From Paramecium tetraurelia (lineage: Eukaryota), in the NCBI GenBank assembly GCA_000165425.1, contig CT868208.1, positions 1 through 64,000 on the forward strand: a DNA stretch of 64,000 nt. The letters run 5' to 3'. Of the stretch, positions 1 through 14,819 are shown in pieces. Each line of letters begins with the position of its first letter. Within the stretch, counting starts at the first letter, position 1. The notes under the pieces were generated by a model. That model was not told the DNA's origin, made no database searches, and saw nothing but the letters and a program-made list of their open reading frames with translations. The position numbers were made by a program, and so were the translations under genes.

Positions 1-3000
1 ACTTGTAAGTATAGTTAAAATAGAGAAAAATGCAAGATCGAAGATGAAAATTTTGATTTTAAATCAATATGTTTGAAATTAAACAGCATTAATTATTCTT
101 AACTTTGTGAATAAATTGCTGATTAATCATGTAAATATAATAAAACAACCAATAAATGTGAGATTGCAACAGGAAATAATTATGATTGTATTCGTGGATT
201 GAATAAAATGGCATGTTACAATTTAACTGATAAATCATAATAATGCAAATATCTAAATTATTGTTATGGACCAAATGATAAAATACTGGAATGTAATCCT
301 AATAATTATTATGATTGCTGCCGTGAAGCATTAACCAAAGAGTCATGCTTATTTCAAAAAAGATTTGAATGTTAATGGCAAAATGGATGTTAGGCTTATC
401 AATAAAAAATTTAAAATGAATGCAATTAAATTAAAGATGCTTCAGTAACTGTTTGCACATCTATAAAGGACTCATTTTGTATATTTGATGCTGAAAACTT
501 CAATTGTAAATAAATTACTCCTGAAAGTTGTGATGAAATCTAAACTTCTGATCAATGCAATAAAATAACAGAATATCCTTGTATCTGGGAAGAGCTTAAT
601 GAAATTTGCATCTATAAAGATAAAGATATTTTAGATTAATGCACCAACATTAGTGATAATAATGGCAATTTGAAAGCATGTACTATGATAGAAAGAATTG
701 GTTAAAAATGTATATTTATAGATAATTAATGTAAGACATTTTACTAAAAAGATGGGATTAATAACTGTATTAATAATATTAATATTACATCTTGTTTATA
801 ATAAAATGTTAGTCCGTGTGAATGGGCGATAAAAGAAGTAAAAGTAAAGAAAACAAAGGATATTACAAAATTGGAAACCATAAAAATAGGAGAGTGCTAA
901 TAATTTACTGATTTTGATAATAGAGACTGTAATTTACTTCTAAGTTAAAAATCATGTATATCAGTTAGAAAATTAGGGTAATTTTGCAGATGGAAAAATA
1001 ATTAATGCCAAAACTTTTCTTTATCTGATTATTAGATTAATAAATATAGGCAACCTGAATTAGCTTAAATAGTTAATCCAAATGTTTGTGGATTATATTA
1101 AGATTAAAGATTAATTTCATATTCTTAAGAACTTGCATCATGCATTGAAGTAAAAGATTCAAGCAAATTATCTTGTTAATAATCAAAATATGGTTTAAAT
1201 TCAGTATCTTGTTTCAAAATTTAATCTGAATCGTGTAAGTGGAATCCTATCCACAAAACATGTGAATAAGTCACAATAAATAATACAAATCTTACAATAT
1301 CTTGTGATTTGCCTGGCCTCAATTCAAAAGCATGTACATTAATTGAAATAAATGATAGTTGCGGTTTTATTGGCAACGGTTGTGGTAAAATAGATTTAAA
1401 TGTTAATTGCAAACATTAAGGATTAAACAAATTTGCATGTTTAACAATTTTGAACTATCCTTGTGCTTGGATTAAGAATGAAGAGGATGAAAACTATCAT
1501 TGTGATGACTATTAACCATATGATACTTGCAACAATATTAATCTGCAGGTTAACTCTATGGTATGCTCATCTGTTTAAATTGATGCTTGTTATTATAATA
1601 AATAAACTCAAAGTTGTGAATCTCCTAAAGAAACTTTGGATGTTTGTGATATTGAGGGTTTAAATTACATAGCATGTTCTGAAATAAAAGGATGTTATTT
1701 TGAAAATCATAAATGCTAAACACTTAATGAAGAAACATATATTTGCCTTTAATATCCTAAAGCTCATTAAGATATTTGTAAAAATGCTTATGATTTATGT
1801 AAATATAGTCCTTTAAATTATGGTTGCGTACCTGCTTAATCCAATGAAATATGCAAAAGAGAAGGTTTAAGTTAATCCGGTTGTGTCAAATCATAAAATT
1901 AGTGCTTTTGGAATAAAAATAATTGTGAATGCTTGAGCATTTAAAATGTTTTTCCATTTTGTGATTAAATAGTTGACTTTCAAAAATGTAATAAATTTAA
2001 ACATTGCTAATATGACTATATGAAAACAAATAATAATGAAGTTAATTAATAAATTGAAAATTAAAATTTAGGGACTTGCAGACCAAAGCTTTGTTCAGAT
2101 CTTAATAATTAAGAATGTTAAGATTTCAATACATTTAATATTTCTTGTTATTTAAGCAATGAAAATTAGTGTAAATAGGCAAATTCATGTAAAGAGGTTA
2201 GAAATTCATATGAGTAGTGCTCAAGCTTAACCATAAATGGTATGCCTTGTATTTAAGGTAGTGATTAAAAATCATGTAAAAAATTAGTATGCTCAGAATT
2301 AGATAGAGTTATGTGTTTGAAATTTTCTAATTATTGCAATTATGATGAGTATTGTTAAACGAAATAATGTTAAGAATTAGATATAGAATAAGTTTGTAGG
2401 TATTATAATTGCGAATGGAATATAAAGACTAAAAAATGTAAGGATAAGTTAAAATGCGAATCATATGAGACAGAATAAGATTGTAATTAAAGTACTTTTA
2501 ACAATATTTAATGCAGTTGGCTGACTTATAATTATAAAAGTTTTTGTGTCTAAAATGGTTGTGAATAATTTTCGAAAAGTAGAGGTTAATCATGTACGAA
2601 TTATAGAGTATAGAACAATTTTTGTGTAAATCTTTAAGATGATACATGTCTCTAATGTGAGGAAATTAAGGATTCTTGTTTATGCATTGATCAAGAGTAT
2701 TGTAGCTTCAATTATACTTTGAGTTAATGCTAATCCATAAAATGCAATTATTTAATCGAAGAAGAATGTTAACAATTTAGTTTTTGCTAATTCAATTCTG
2801 AAAAAAAAGTAAAATATAAACACTTATCTAGAATTGCCATTTTAATTGCGCTTATTATGATAATTAACCCGATTGCTATAACGATTCTACAAATTGTTAT
2901 TGGAATGATGAAAAAAAAAATTGCACATAATCATAAGTACAAATTATATACCCCAAAATTCCAGATCTTATTATAGTAGAATGGGAACTACTTATATCTG

Positions 3001-3029
3001 TTTGCAACCTTGTTTGGGTACTATTTTGA
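1..3029 (+). CDS. Cys-rich repeat surface-type protein, 5' part outside the window
   Basis: Frame 1 is open from base 1 under table 6 (TCKYSQNREKCKIEDENF...). Periodic Cys motifs such as GLNKFACLTILNYPCAW. 23-nt intron at 2809-2831. Hydrophobic C-terminus (LLISVCNLVWVLF) before TGA at 3027-3029. Confidence 0.85.
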
Positions 3030-3179
3030 CTCAAAATAATCTTTAGTTTTTAAAATTAAATATAATAATGTTACATACTAACCAATTTTTTTTTTAATCA
3101 TATAATATTTTAAAATAATTAGAATTATGATAATAAACCTAGCGTAAAGTTAATTCAAATTCAGTCTATATTCTCATAC

Positions 3180-6100
3180 TCAATATTAAAGAATTTAAAT
3201 GAGTATTATTATTCTAAAAATTATACTATGGATATCCGAAACTACAATAATTGAGGAAGGTTCCTTATATATGTAGAATTTTTCTAATTAAGTACATAAT
3301 TTAGAATTTTTATCCCAAGTACAATATGATTCAAAATGGTTACATTGCTAGCGGTTATAATTATTTTCGCAAAGTGGAATACATATCTACTTTATATGTT
3401 GATAAATACCTGGCCCTTCTCATTAAATTAACATCTGTCAGCCGGACAAGTTTCATGATTGAAGCTTCCACATTATTTAGACTTACAAAGATTATCAAAT
3501 TTATCATATTCACAATAATTTTCGTACTACAAACAAATACAAGGATCCATAATCTCTTAACAACTTACACAGGTTGAATCTGATAAAGGAACACAGACAT
3601 CATCACCAATTTAAGCTCCATTACACAAAGAATACTTAATTAATAGATACCTACATCCTATAACTGAACAAAAATAATCCTCTCCTTCCTCTTCAATTAA
3701 AGCACACTATTTACCATTTTGTTAAACTAACATGCAATTTTCTTTGTTTTGAGAAGCACAAAATTGTGAGTTCATACAACTTTTATTTTATTCAAGCCAT
3801 TCACATTTCTTGTCAACGCATTTCTATTTTATAGTAAAACGATAACATTCTAATGTCTTACATATTTCCTCAAAAATGCAATCTTGAGGAAATTATTAAC
3901 AGGTTTAAAAATCTAACCTCTCACAATCTGGTGAAGTTACACAATTCTTATTATTTTAATCTCTAAAACATTGTTTATTCTTTAGGGTATATTTCAAACA
4001 ATCATTTTAAGGATTCACTATATCATCACATGTTTTTGCCAAATTGCATTTATTATCCTAGGTTAAATAACATATATCAGTATCTAATTTCTAACCGTCA
4101 CATTAATCTATTGAATAATAATCGCATGTCCTTCTTAAACATTTTACTAAATTTTAATCGATTATTTCTTAACTAATATCAACATTATATTAAGGATTAG
4201 ATGGTGCAACATAACAATAATTTAAATTTTAACATTTTCTGGAATTTGTGATAAATGAGCAATCTGGATATTAAGTTAGTATAGCCTTACATAGACATTG
4301 AGATTAATTCCATTGACAATCTAATAAATCATCGCAGCCAACTTAATTAATCCCTTTTGTTGAACATATATCCTATAACTCTGATGATATGCAACCATAT
4401 CCTAAATTATTATATTTACATCTATTCCTTTAAATTTAAGTACAAACCTTATGATTAGAAAATAGAGCATCTTCACAATTTAAATTCATCGTTTTTTCAT
4501 ATCTCATACACCTACCTTGTAAATAAACACAATTTTCAATTTTAGAACATCCAATACCATTAATACCTGGTAGATTACAATTAATTTCTTATTGGGCTTT
4601 AAATAAAATGCAATTTCTTATTATAGAATTATAAAAGCAAGGAGCATCTAAAATTTAAGTGCATACAAATGCATTAACCTAATGATTATAGCCTAAACAA
4701 GCATCAAAATCTTGAATTAATTTACATTAATATTATTAAAGATAATCATCTTAGACCCATCCACAAGGATAATTTGTGATTTAAAGGCATGCATGCTCAT
4801 TTAACCCTGGATAATCACAAGAAATTTTAGTTACATCAACTTGATCACAATCATTTTCTTTTGATCCACAAGGAAGAGATACTTATAATGATGAACATGA
4901 TGCAGGGTTAACATTTTTTAAGCTGCAACTACCACTCTATATATCTAATTTAAGACATTTTTTTTTTGTGTCATCCCATTTACATTGTTGGTCTTTAATA
5001 TTCAAACAAGCTTGCTTATTCATACCTTTAAAATTGCAAGTTAGATTCTTTAGATTTGATGCATTTAAGCATTTAAAGTACTTAGTATCGCATATTACAC
5101 TAGAACCATCATTTATTAATCCACATGTATTACAGTTACACTAAGATAAGGATGAGAAAGATAAAATTTAATTAGTTTCAACATTTTTACATTAATTGTC
5201 TTTCCATTAACAAAATGTAACAGGGGTATTAATATTCAAACAAGCAAGATAACTAAGATTTGAATCACATTAATGACTAGATTGTTGATTGAAATCAAGA
5301 CATAGTTATTTTTAATTTTGATCCCAAATACATTCGTATAATACTTATTATAAGCAAGATAATTTATTCACTTTTTATGAACAGCCTACCACTTATTATT
5401 ACGTATAATCAGTGCATTGATTTTAAAAGATACACATTTATCCTTGTTTTACAACATCTAAGCATGTTCTTTCGCTACCCCATTAATCTTATATATCTTA
5501 ACATCCATCATTAGGATTCTTTACTTTTGTTAAGCATTAGGCTTTGATAAAATCCCAATAACAAGGTAAATTATTAAATTAAATACATTATTCTTTTGTT
5601 TAAACTTATTCACAATGATTTGGTTGAATTTCTACACATCCTAATTTATCGAAATTGAAAATACAAATAGCATAATTAATGCTGTAACATACTTTTCTTG
5701 AAACATTATTTAAAGTTAAACATTCTTAATTCGATACTGAATATTATTTACATTCTTCATTTTACCATTAACATAAAAATTTATCCTAAAATAAACAACT
5801 TTCAATAGTATTAGCTTAGAAGCAACAATCTTTGATTTTTATAGGGTCACAGTTAAGAATATTGTAATTAGGTCCGTAACAGTAATTATAGAATTTACAT
5901 TATAAAGATTATTAAGTATGTGTCAAGCAAGCAATTTAATTCAAACCTCTTATGCATTAAAATTCTATATCTCCTTGGGCATTTTCGCATTTATGCTCTA
6001 AGGAATTGTATTTGCAAGGAACATCAAAGGTTTTTTCACAAAATACTTAGCTATTAATTTAAGAGGTACTTTTACAAATACCTGACCGTATTTCTAAATT

Positions 6101-9100
6101 TATAAGCTCACAAATATTATTTTAATCATTAAATTGGCAAAATTGTCTTTTTGTAGTGATATTTAAGCACCCAATTTTATTTGAAACTTGATTACATTCT
6201 AATTAAGAATATTCACTAGGATTTATTGCAACACATTTATTTTAATCTATTTTACATCCTTCTCTCAAAGGCTTGTTGCATTCATTACCAGGAAATTCAC
6301 TACAATATTTAATATTCTCAGTTGCCTTTTTTTAATAGCAACCATTTGAAAAAGTACAATCTGAGGATTTTAAATAACATGCTTTTTTACTATATCCAAG
6401 TTATTCTGGATTAGCTTCTACGCATTGAATTTGGTTAATTGATATAACCTCCTCACATGAATGCGTTTAACTATTAAATTAGCAGGCATAAATTTCATTT
6501 ACTTAGCAAAAAATTCCTGAATTTACTTTCTAAATATTACTGCAAAGAAATGATTTAAAATTTTAAGGATCCTAAAATTAACATTCATTTTCTATAAACT
6601 TACAATATTAGAAAGGTGTCTATATTGATAAACATGCAACTTCATTTAATTTATCATTGCATTTTAAAGTTGATGCCTCAGTATTCAATGCCTCTATACA
6701 TTCACCTATCCATTTTGTTTATAATTTTACTAAACTAGTTACTGAATCTAATCGAGCCATATTATTTATGATGCATGCAAGAAGGTTAAATGAGTTTAGA
6801 TTCTCAACAAAATAATCCTAATTTATGATTTCAATTTTATCTTAAGGATTTATAAACCTTATACATTGTTTTGTCACAATGTTATAAAAGCATGGTATGT
6901 CTGTACTTTTTGAACAGGTAATTGGATTAGTTTTAAATGAATGAATACATTTAAGTAATTCTCCTTAAGAAATTATCAATAGAATAACAACCTTTGGATG
7001 AATCAAATGCACAGTGTTAACCTTTGGTTTTGATTGAATAACATTTATCTTCATTAATCATATCTTCACATTAAGCTTATCCAAAATCAAAAATGCATTA
7101 ATCATCTTGAAATCTACAAAGATAACCTTTTGTTTAGAATAAGCAACTTCTTCTATTTAAACCTGGACTTGAGCATTAGAAATTATCTGTTTTTTATACA
7201 ATCTCACAAGTATTTGAGGTAATATTTAATTTACAATTTTGATCATTTGTGGTTGCACAAACTGAAGCTTTAACTATAAATTTAGATTTAGATAAAGATT
7301 CACAAGTATCAACTTTTAAATCAATAGATTAACATTTTATTCCATTGAATTTACAATAAGAGGGTAAAGATATACAAGAAACCCAGTTTAAATCTTTGTC
7401 AGGAAAACAATTATTAATAGTTTTCAAAGTTTATTAAGATGTTAAAATGCAACTATTTTCATTTTAATTATATTCACATGTTTATAATGTTTTTTATAAA
7501 CAAGCATACTTATTCATTGTAAATTTATAACAATTATCAATAAAAGGTTATCTATTCGATACATTAATACATCTATTTTATATTTCACTATATATCAAAC
7601 AATCTGTTATTTGTTAATCTATAGCATAACAAACACTTTTAGAATAAACGAATAATAAAGTAGAATTAATGATATCATTAATTGTATTTACTTAATGAAG
7701 AGAACAGATATTATTCTCAAATTTACATGTTTATTTTTAAGAAATACAAGCCTATTTATTTAATGAATCAAGACATCCAATTTAATCATTTGTATTTTCT
7801 ATACATTAATGTTGTTCATCTTTAAATTAACATTATCCTATTGATCTATTAATACAACCAAATTTATTTAATCCTTAAGTATTACATTTAATTATATCTG
7901 TAATAATAGTTTATCTACATTAATAATAATTATCTAAGAAACAACTTGATTGAATCTTTAATTAAGAACAAAGTTTTTAACTAAAATGTGTAATATATGA
8001 ATTTTCATTACTTTATAAAGGAGATTCGCATGATTATGCATTGTTATTTGCATAAGTTAATTAACATTTATAAAGATCTGACCATACACATGACATGATT
8101 GATTAATTTAAACATCCAAATTTATTTAAATCTGAACATTATGTAATTTGATTATCATTCTTCATACACTTTAAATTAATTGAATCCCATAAACAAGATT
8201 CCTTTAATGAAAATAAGCAAAGATCTTCATTTAATAATAAATTACAAGAACCCTAAGTTGGATCAAACTATGTACAATAACCAATATTCTAATCAAACCA
8301 ACAATCTTACTAGAATTATATACAAGCATCTTCATTATAAATTGAACAATCTCTACTATCAGATCCGGTTATTCTATCTATTTATTTACATTCATAATCT
8401 TCCCATTTACACTTTATCCCTTTTGTCATTTATAAACATGCCTATTTATTTAACAGATCGCATTTTGAAACACTTGTGGTCAGAAGATAATAGCAAATAT
8501 GATTATTAATCTCATATTAAGTACTAGCACCCTTACATAGAGTGCAGGCTTTCTTTGTTGTGTAATATCCCTTCAATTGCTCGCATGTATAATGAGTTGC
8601 ATCTTCGCATTTATTATTATTAACTTTGCATGCCTATTCAACCAAAGTACAAACAACAGACTTGCTCAGAATATTTAATTGATTAACTTCATGACATAAA
8701 TAATATTTGTTTGATGCATCTGGTCTTAGTTATGGAACAAGTGGATATTATTGGCAATATCCAACAAAATCAAATACACATTTGCATTCTTCACAAAGCG
8801 ATTTACTAAAACTTGAATCACAAATACATTCACCTTATTCATTTTTTTCTGCAGTTTCTACGCAACTATCTAACTCAAAACGACAGAAGTCAATCGCCAA
8901 TGCACAATAAGCAGGAGAAGCATCTTAAGTAATATCTTTGCAATAAATATCTTCAGTAAGCGTCACAGGATCACATATCTAGATTTACCTCTCCATAGAG
9001 ATACATTAAATTTCATTTGGGAATATTTTCATTTATCCAGCTTTACAAATCACTTTTTGATTAGAACTGCTCAAACAAGAGTTTAAGAAACTTTTAGGTT

Positions 9101-12100
9101 AACATTCTGTGCTACTTTTACAAATCGGTTTGTTTGGATCACATTACAAGGCATTTTCCGAAGGTTTACATCTGCTAGAAATTGATGAACAATTAGGTAT
9201 TTTATTTTCATTTCCTTTTAATTATTAACATCCTCCTTAATTTAAATCAAAGAAACATTCTTCTAAGACACCATTTAAACAAAGTGATTTTGAGAAAGTA
9301 TTTTTGCATCTTAATTCAATATAACCAAATCCTTTACAAATAGGAACTACTTTATAAATAGTTTTCTAAAAACAATTTGCTTTTTATGTATTCCATGATA
9401 TTTCAACATAATCTGGACAATCAGTGCTATTTGTACAATTTTACTAGCCATGAGTGCATTTATGAAACTGGCATATATTCTGATATGACTCCGTTTTTTA
9501 CTAAGTTGTACCATTATATTATATATTAAAAGTATGCTCGTTCAAGCCGCATTCATAATCTTGTTAACAATTCTTAATTTCAGAAGAAGAAGTATTGCAT
9601 CTCCCTTGGCAAGATTAATGACCAATTAGAGCATCACTAATAATTTCTTATGGATTTTAGTCACTTTATTGATTGCAGATCATATCACCGTTTTTTTAAC
9701 ATCGTTTTGAGCATAATTAATTTTACTTAATACCTAAATACAACGTGCCATCATCATTTATTTTAATTGGATCTTTGTAAATGGTTGGACAATCAGAATC
9801 TGTTTAACAAAGTTTATCTTAATAATCACATGTTTTATTTAAGCCACATTGTAAAGGAGCAGAAGTTCCTGGAAATGTTATATTCTATGGGGACTAATAT
9901 TATTCTGGTGTTTTCACGAATTAATTGCAGTAATTTGTACAATTATCTCTTTAATACCTGTATTCATAAACTGAACTTTTTTCGGTATTTTCTTTATCAA
10001 AAAATAATACATTTAAAATTTTGACTTAACACCCATAAATTTGATTATGCCATTCACAATTATTTTCATAATTACACTTTTACTTTTTATCTTCGCTCCC
10101 AAAACATTGATCTTCAGAATAAGTCTATGTTATTGATTCATCAATGGAAGAGCAAGATAATTTATTATAATGATTTCCATTATTTAATTAGGCACCTAAA
10201 GAAGAGCATGTTTAAGACTGAGAAATATCTGCAACTAAACATTATAATTTGGATTTAGAAAAGTAACATTATTTAGAAATATCCATGCAAACTTCAATAT
10301 TTATAAGATTGGAAGTTGTACATACTGATTAATCATCTGTGAAAAATTAACATGGAGGCATTTTAGTAGTATCATATACACAATTATATCCTCTTGTCAA
10401 ATATAAGCAAGCATATTAATTTATCATCTATTAACAGGAGTTTTGATTATTCGAATCTTCAATAAACATGCACCTATTAGTTGTTTCATCGTATCTATAT
10501 CCTGCTCCTGTTATTTCTAAACAAGACAATGGATTAAACAAATTATTTTTATTTAATTCTTTGAAATCGCTATAAGGAGTTTAATTAAAGGTAACACATT
10601 CATATAATGAATCATCCCACATGCAAGGTTCCTTAGTTACTTACTTACATAGAACATAATTTAAATTATCATTGCATCCTAATTCAACTATTTATTTTAA
10701 TGACCCTATTTCATAACATGTTGAGTTTTCAATACTCCATCGACAATTTCCCTATGTATTTTTATAGCAAGTATATTTATTAGTTCCGGTTACATCACAT
10801 TTATTTGAACTTTTATTTGTCAAAATGCATTTATAATTTTACCATTCACATTATTAATTAGGAAGGTCAATCTATGAGCACGCCTTTTATGATACGTAAC
10901 CTCTAGAATCAAAATAGTTACATGGAACATAAGTAGAAGCAGTTATGCATCTATCTAAATCAAATGAAAAAAAACAAGAAGAGTAAATATTTTCTCTACA
11001 TGCTCTGATATTTTAATTCTGATCGCAAGTAGTTATATCTGCAAATTCATCTAATGAGATTGTGACACATTTTAATAGCTTTTTATCCCATTTACAATAA
11101 TTATTTTCGGTAAATCTTAAGCATATATTAGAATTGCCTTGAACATCCTCACATCGTGCATAATATGGAGGTGAAGTTTAATAATTCCTACTAATACAAC
11201 GATGATTTTAAGGATCGTATTCAAAATATTTTTCTATGTTGAAAAAAGTTAAGGATGCTTCAATTGCCAAACAAGCAAAACGATTTAAAATAGAAGGAGC
11301 TTCTGTAAAAATTTTATAATTCTTATAGTTTTCAAATTTGATGTTAACGCATGAAAAACCATTAAAATAACATCTTTAAGAAGTCGACCATTCAATCATA
11401 TGACATGAATTTATACCCATTTATGAACACTTAAATCCATCAACCTCATTAGCATTAAAAAATTGTTTAACAGCTTCTTCATTTGTTATATCAACTTAAT
11501 TTTATGTCAATTCATTACATCTACCATTATGAAAGTAACAATAACTACTAGAATTCTTGGTTAAAAAACTGCATGAATGTTAATTTATTCCATTAAATTT
11601 ACCCTCTGTACAACAATTTGTTTCACAAACTTCATTTCCACCTAAAACTTCACAAGAAAAAGTATTTGAATTATATATACAATAGCCAACTTTTTATTTT
11701 TCATTAGGAGGTATATAATCTGGATTATCCAAAGCTACTTCTGCGCAAACATTACTGTTAACGTTTTTAAAGTTTTTGCATTTTTAATTTAAGCTCACGC
11801 TGACTTCTCCACATTTATCTAATGTTTCTTTCCATCCACATAATTATCCTGGTTTTGATATTAATTTACATATCTTTTCTGTAGGAGAACTTTTAATACA
11901 TTCTAAATTGTCCAAACTGCTAACCACAATTACATCATTATTTGAACTAGTATTTTAAGGGGTATCGTCAGTTGAAGTATGTGAATTAAAGAGCTGACAT
12001 TCTTAGGTTGATTGATTGAAGTAACATTAATCCTCTAATTAAGAACAAGCATTTGCATTCAAGCCAGGCTCATCACATCTCATTTATTATTTAACAGAAT

Positions 12101-13934
12101 TGATACACCCTTTAGCAGAAAGTTTATATCTACAAGGTTCTGATTTAAATTAAATCATAGCACAACTCTTAGAATTTGAATATATCATTTCTTAACAAGA
12201 AACATCTGAAAGCTCTTTAGGATTAAAAATCTTAACGCATTCATTTTAATACCACCTACAGGCCGTCTATGGTTTGATTATACTAGCACAAAGTATTCTA
12301 TTTAATCCTAATAATTTGTTTTCACAATCCAGTGAAACTAATAATGCAGTTTAATTATCTAATTAATCTACTTTTTAACATCTTTGATATGATTTATTAT
12401 AATAACACCCAGATACTTCGTTTTCTATTACTTGAGAACAGGAATTAGGATTTGCATTGCCTAAGCTTTCGCAAGTTGTTTAATATGGCAAAATGGCTAT
12501 ATATATGCAACCATTAATTGTCCATTAACAAGTTTATTTATATTTTGTTATATTTAAGCAACCAAGAAAATTTAAATATCTGGAATTACAATCATCTTCT
12601 GGAGAGCTTGGAACACATTGTTTTGAAATATCATCATATTTACAAGCTGCATTATTATTTGATATATTTTGACAATAGAGTCCATTATATTTAAACTTGT
12701 GATTATCTTTAATTTCGCAATTTACTACTTAATTTAAAAAAATTCTTTAACAATTGATTCCATCCCATTAACAATATTAAAATTATGTTTTTATATTAAT
12801 ACAAGCCTCTTCATTTAATAACATATCACAACCAAATGTATTTAAATCTTCTTCTGATAAATTCTCACAAAACCCTCTATAAAAAGTGCAATTAGTATTT
12901 TTTATAAGTAGACATGCCTTTTTACTTAATCCAATTTCAGAGCAAGATAAATTATTTAATTAAGATTGAGTTACTTCCTCACAACTTTAAGTTTCAATAT
13001 TATATGAGCAGATACCATCATAATTTTCACATACTAAATAATTCACATTCACTATTTAATTGCATTCTTGGTTGTCATTTTAAAATATTCTACAACCTTC
13101 AACTGTCCATTCACATTATAGATTATTGATTTTAGAAGAAAGGCAGGCATGCTTGTTGAGAATGTTATCGCAGGAGTCCAATAAACTTACATCTGTAAAT
13201 TTGCACTGATTATCCTTAAATATACCTTCTGTTATGAATTATAAATACAAGTTTGATCCTTAGTGGTAATAGAAATGCATCCGTTTTTATTTAAGCCTTA
13301 ATGAGAGCATTAAATTTCTGAAAGCTCATTTTCTAATAATGTTAAGCATTAGTAATCCTATTCCATTCCTCCATGATAACCTAATTTATTTGTTGAATTT
13401 ACATCGAAGATTTTTTATTTTTGCGCACATCTGAGAAGTTACAGATTGATTATAGTATGATTCACATGTATTATCTTCATTATTTTAATCCGAATTTTCA
13501 ATTGGATATTATTTACATTCTCCTTACCATATACAATCTTAATTCACTACATTAAGACAAGAAAACTTAGAGAAATCTGGATCACATCCTAAAGATTTTA
13601 AATGTAGATTTGTTGCTCTAACACATTGACTTTAAAATAAACCTAAGCAATATTATTCAATAACATACATCTAACTTCATTGTTTTGTTTATCTATCTAT
13701 TGTGCTATGCAAGCATTTTTGTTCAAATTATTCATACAACCGTAATCAGTATCATAGAATTCAATGCATTTTGTTTCGGCATAATTATATTAACCTAAAA
13801 TAAAGACTTAATTTACAAAAGGCGTCTAAGGTTTATTAAATGCATTAAATTGGGCTAAATGGATATAAGCTACAAATATTGCTAGCCTAGTAATAAGAGA
13901 TCAACAAAAAAATGAACAAATTCTATTTAATCAT
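3180..13934 (-). CDS. Giant (~3500 aa) Cys-rich repeat surface-type protein
   Basis: ATG at 13934 with a signal-peptide-like start (MIKQNLFIFLLISYYQASNIC). Many [G/L]NxxxCLxxxxxxCxW-type units. Tiny introns near 13800, 13655, 13230, 6975 and 3400. Hydrophobic end (IIFRIIILIQILQY), TGA at 3182-3180. Confidence 0.8.
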
Positions 13935-14819
13935 TGTATCAATAAATAATTAATATCATTTTTTGTTTATCATCACATATTTTATCATAATTGATATTTA
14001 TTATATAAAATATTTTATAGAATAATTAAATATCATTAATCAATTGGATTAATTTCCAAATGAGACTTTAGAAAATATGATTATAGAAATGAAAATTTAG
14101 AAATCTGAATTTATCAACATTAAAGTATAAAAATTAGAAATTATTCAATTTTCATAAAAGAATAACCTAAAAAAAATTGAAAATCAGAAATGCATTCTAC
14201 AAATGTCGAAAATACTTCAATTTAAAAGGTCATAAACACATTAATTTACATTAAATTTAAAAGAATAGTCATAATGAAAATACTAGTGGAATAATTTAAA
14301 CAAGATAATTAAAGTTTAATATAATAAAGATAAAAATTGAATATGGGAAATATTCTAAGCAAACCCAAATTTAGATTTCTGAGCTTTATTTTGTAGCTTC
14401 TCCATTGTTAGAGAAATTTATATTAAAATAACTCATACTCTTTCTAAAGTGGATTTTAATAAATTTAATTCTTTTCTCTAAACTGCTATTTGTTTTAGGT
14501 GGTGTTCATAACTATCTATAGCAAAGGGTTTGAACTAATTTCAACTACCTTTTTAATGATCCAATCAATATAGAGGCTAATACCGCCTAAAAACATATTT
14601 TAAGTAATGTTGTAATGGTTGCATTTTATAAATTAATATATAAATTTTATAGAACATACTCAAAATGTTGAAGAGAATTAAAATATATGAATAATTAGTT
14701 TGATTGTCACTGGTTCTAATATCGGATATAAAGAGATAGCAAATATGTTTGTATTATGACAGTAAATTTTGAGAATTGTGATTATTGATAATTAAATATT
14801 ATAATAACAATCTATTTTA

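Noticed and set aside
89..13129. Standard-code ORFs supplied over the Cys-rich genes (for example 8180-8509, 3326-3577)
   Set aside because: They are antisense or off-frame shadows of the two long table-6 genes.
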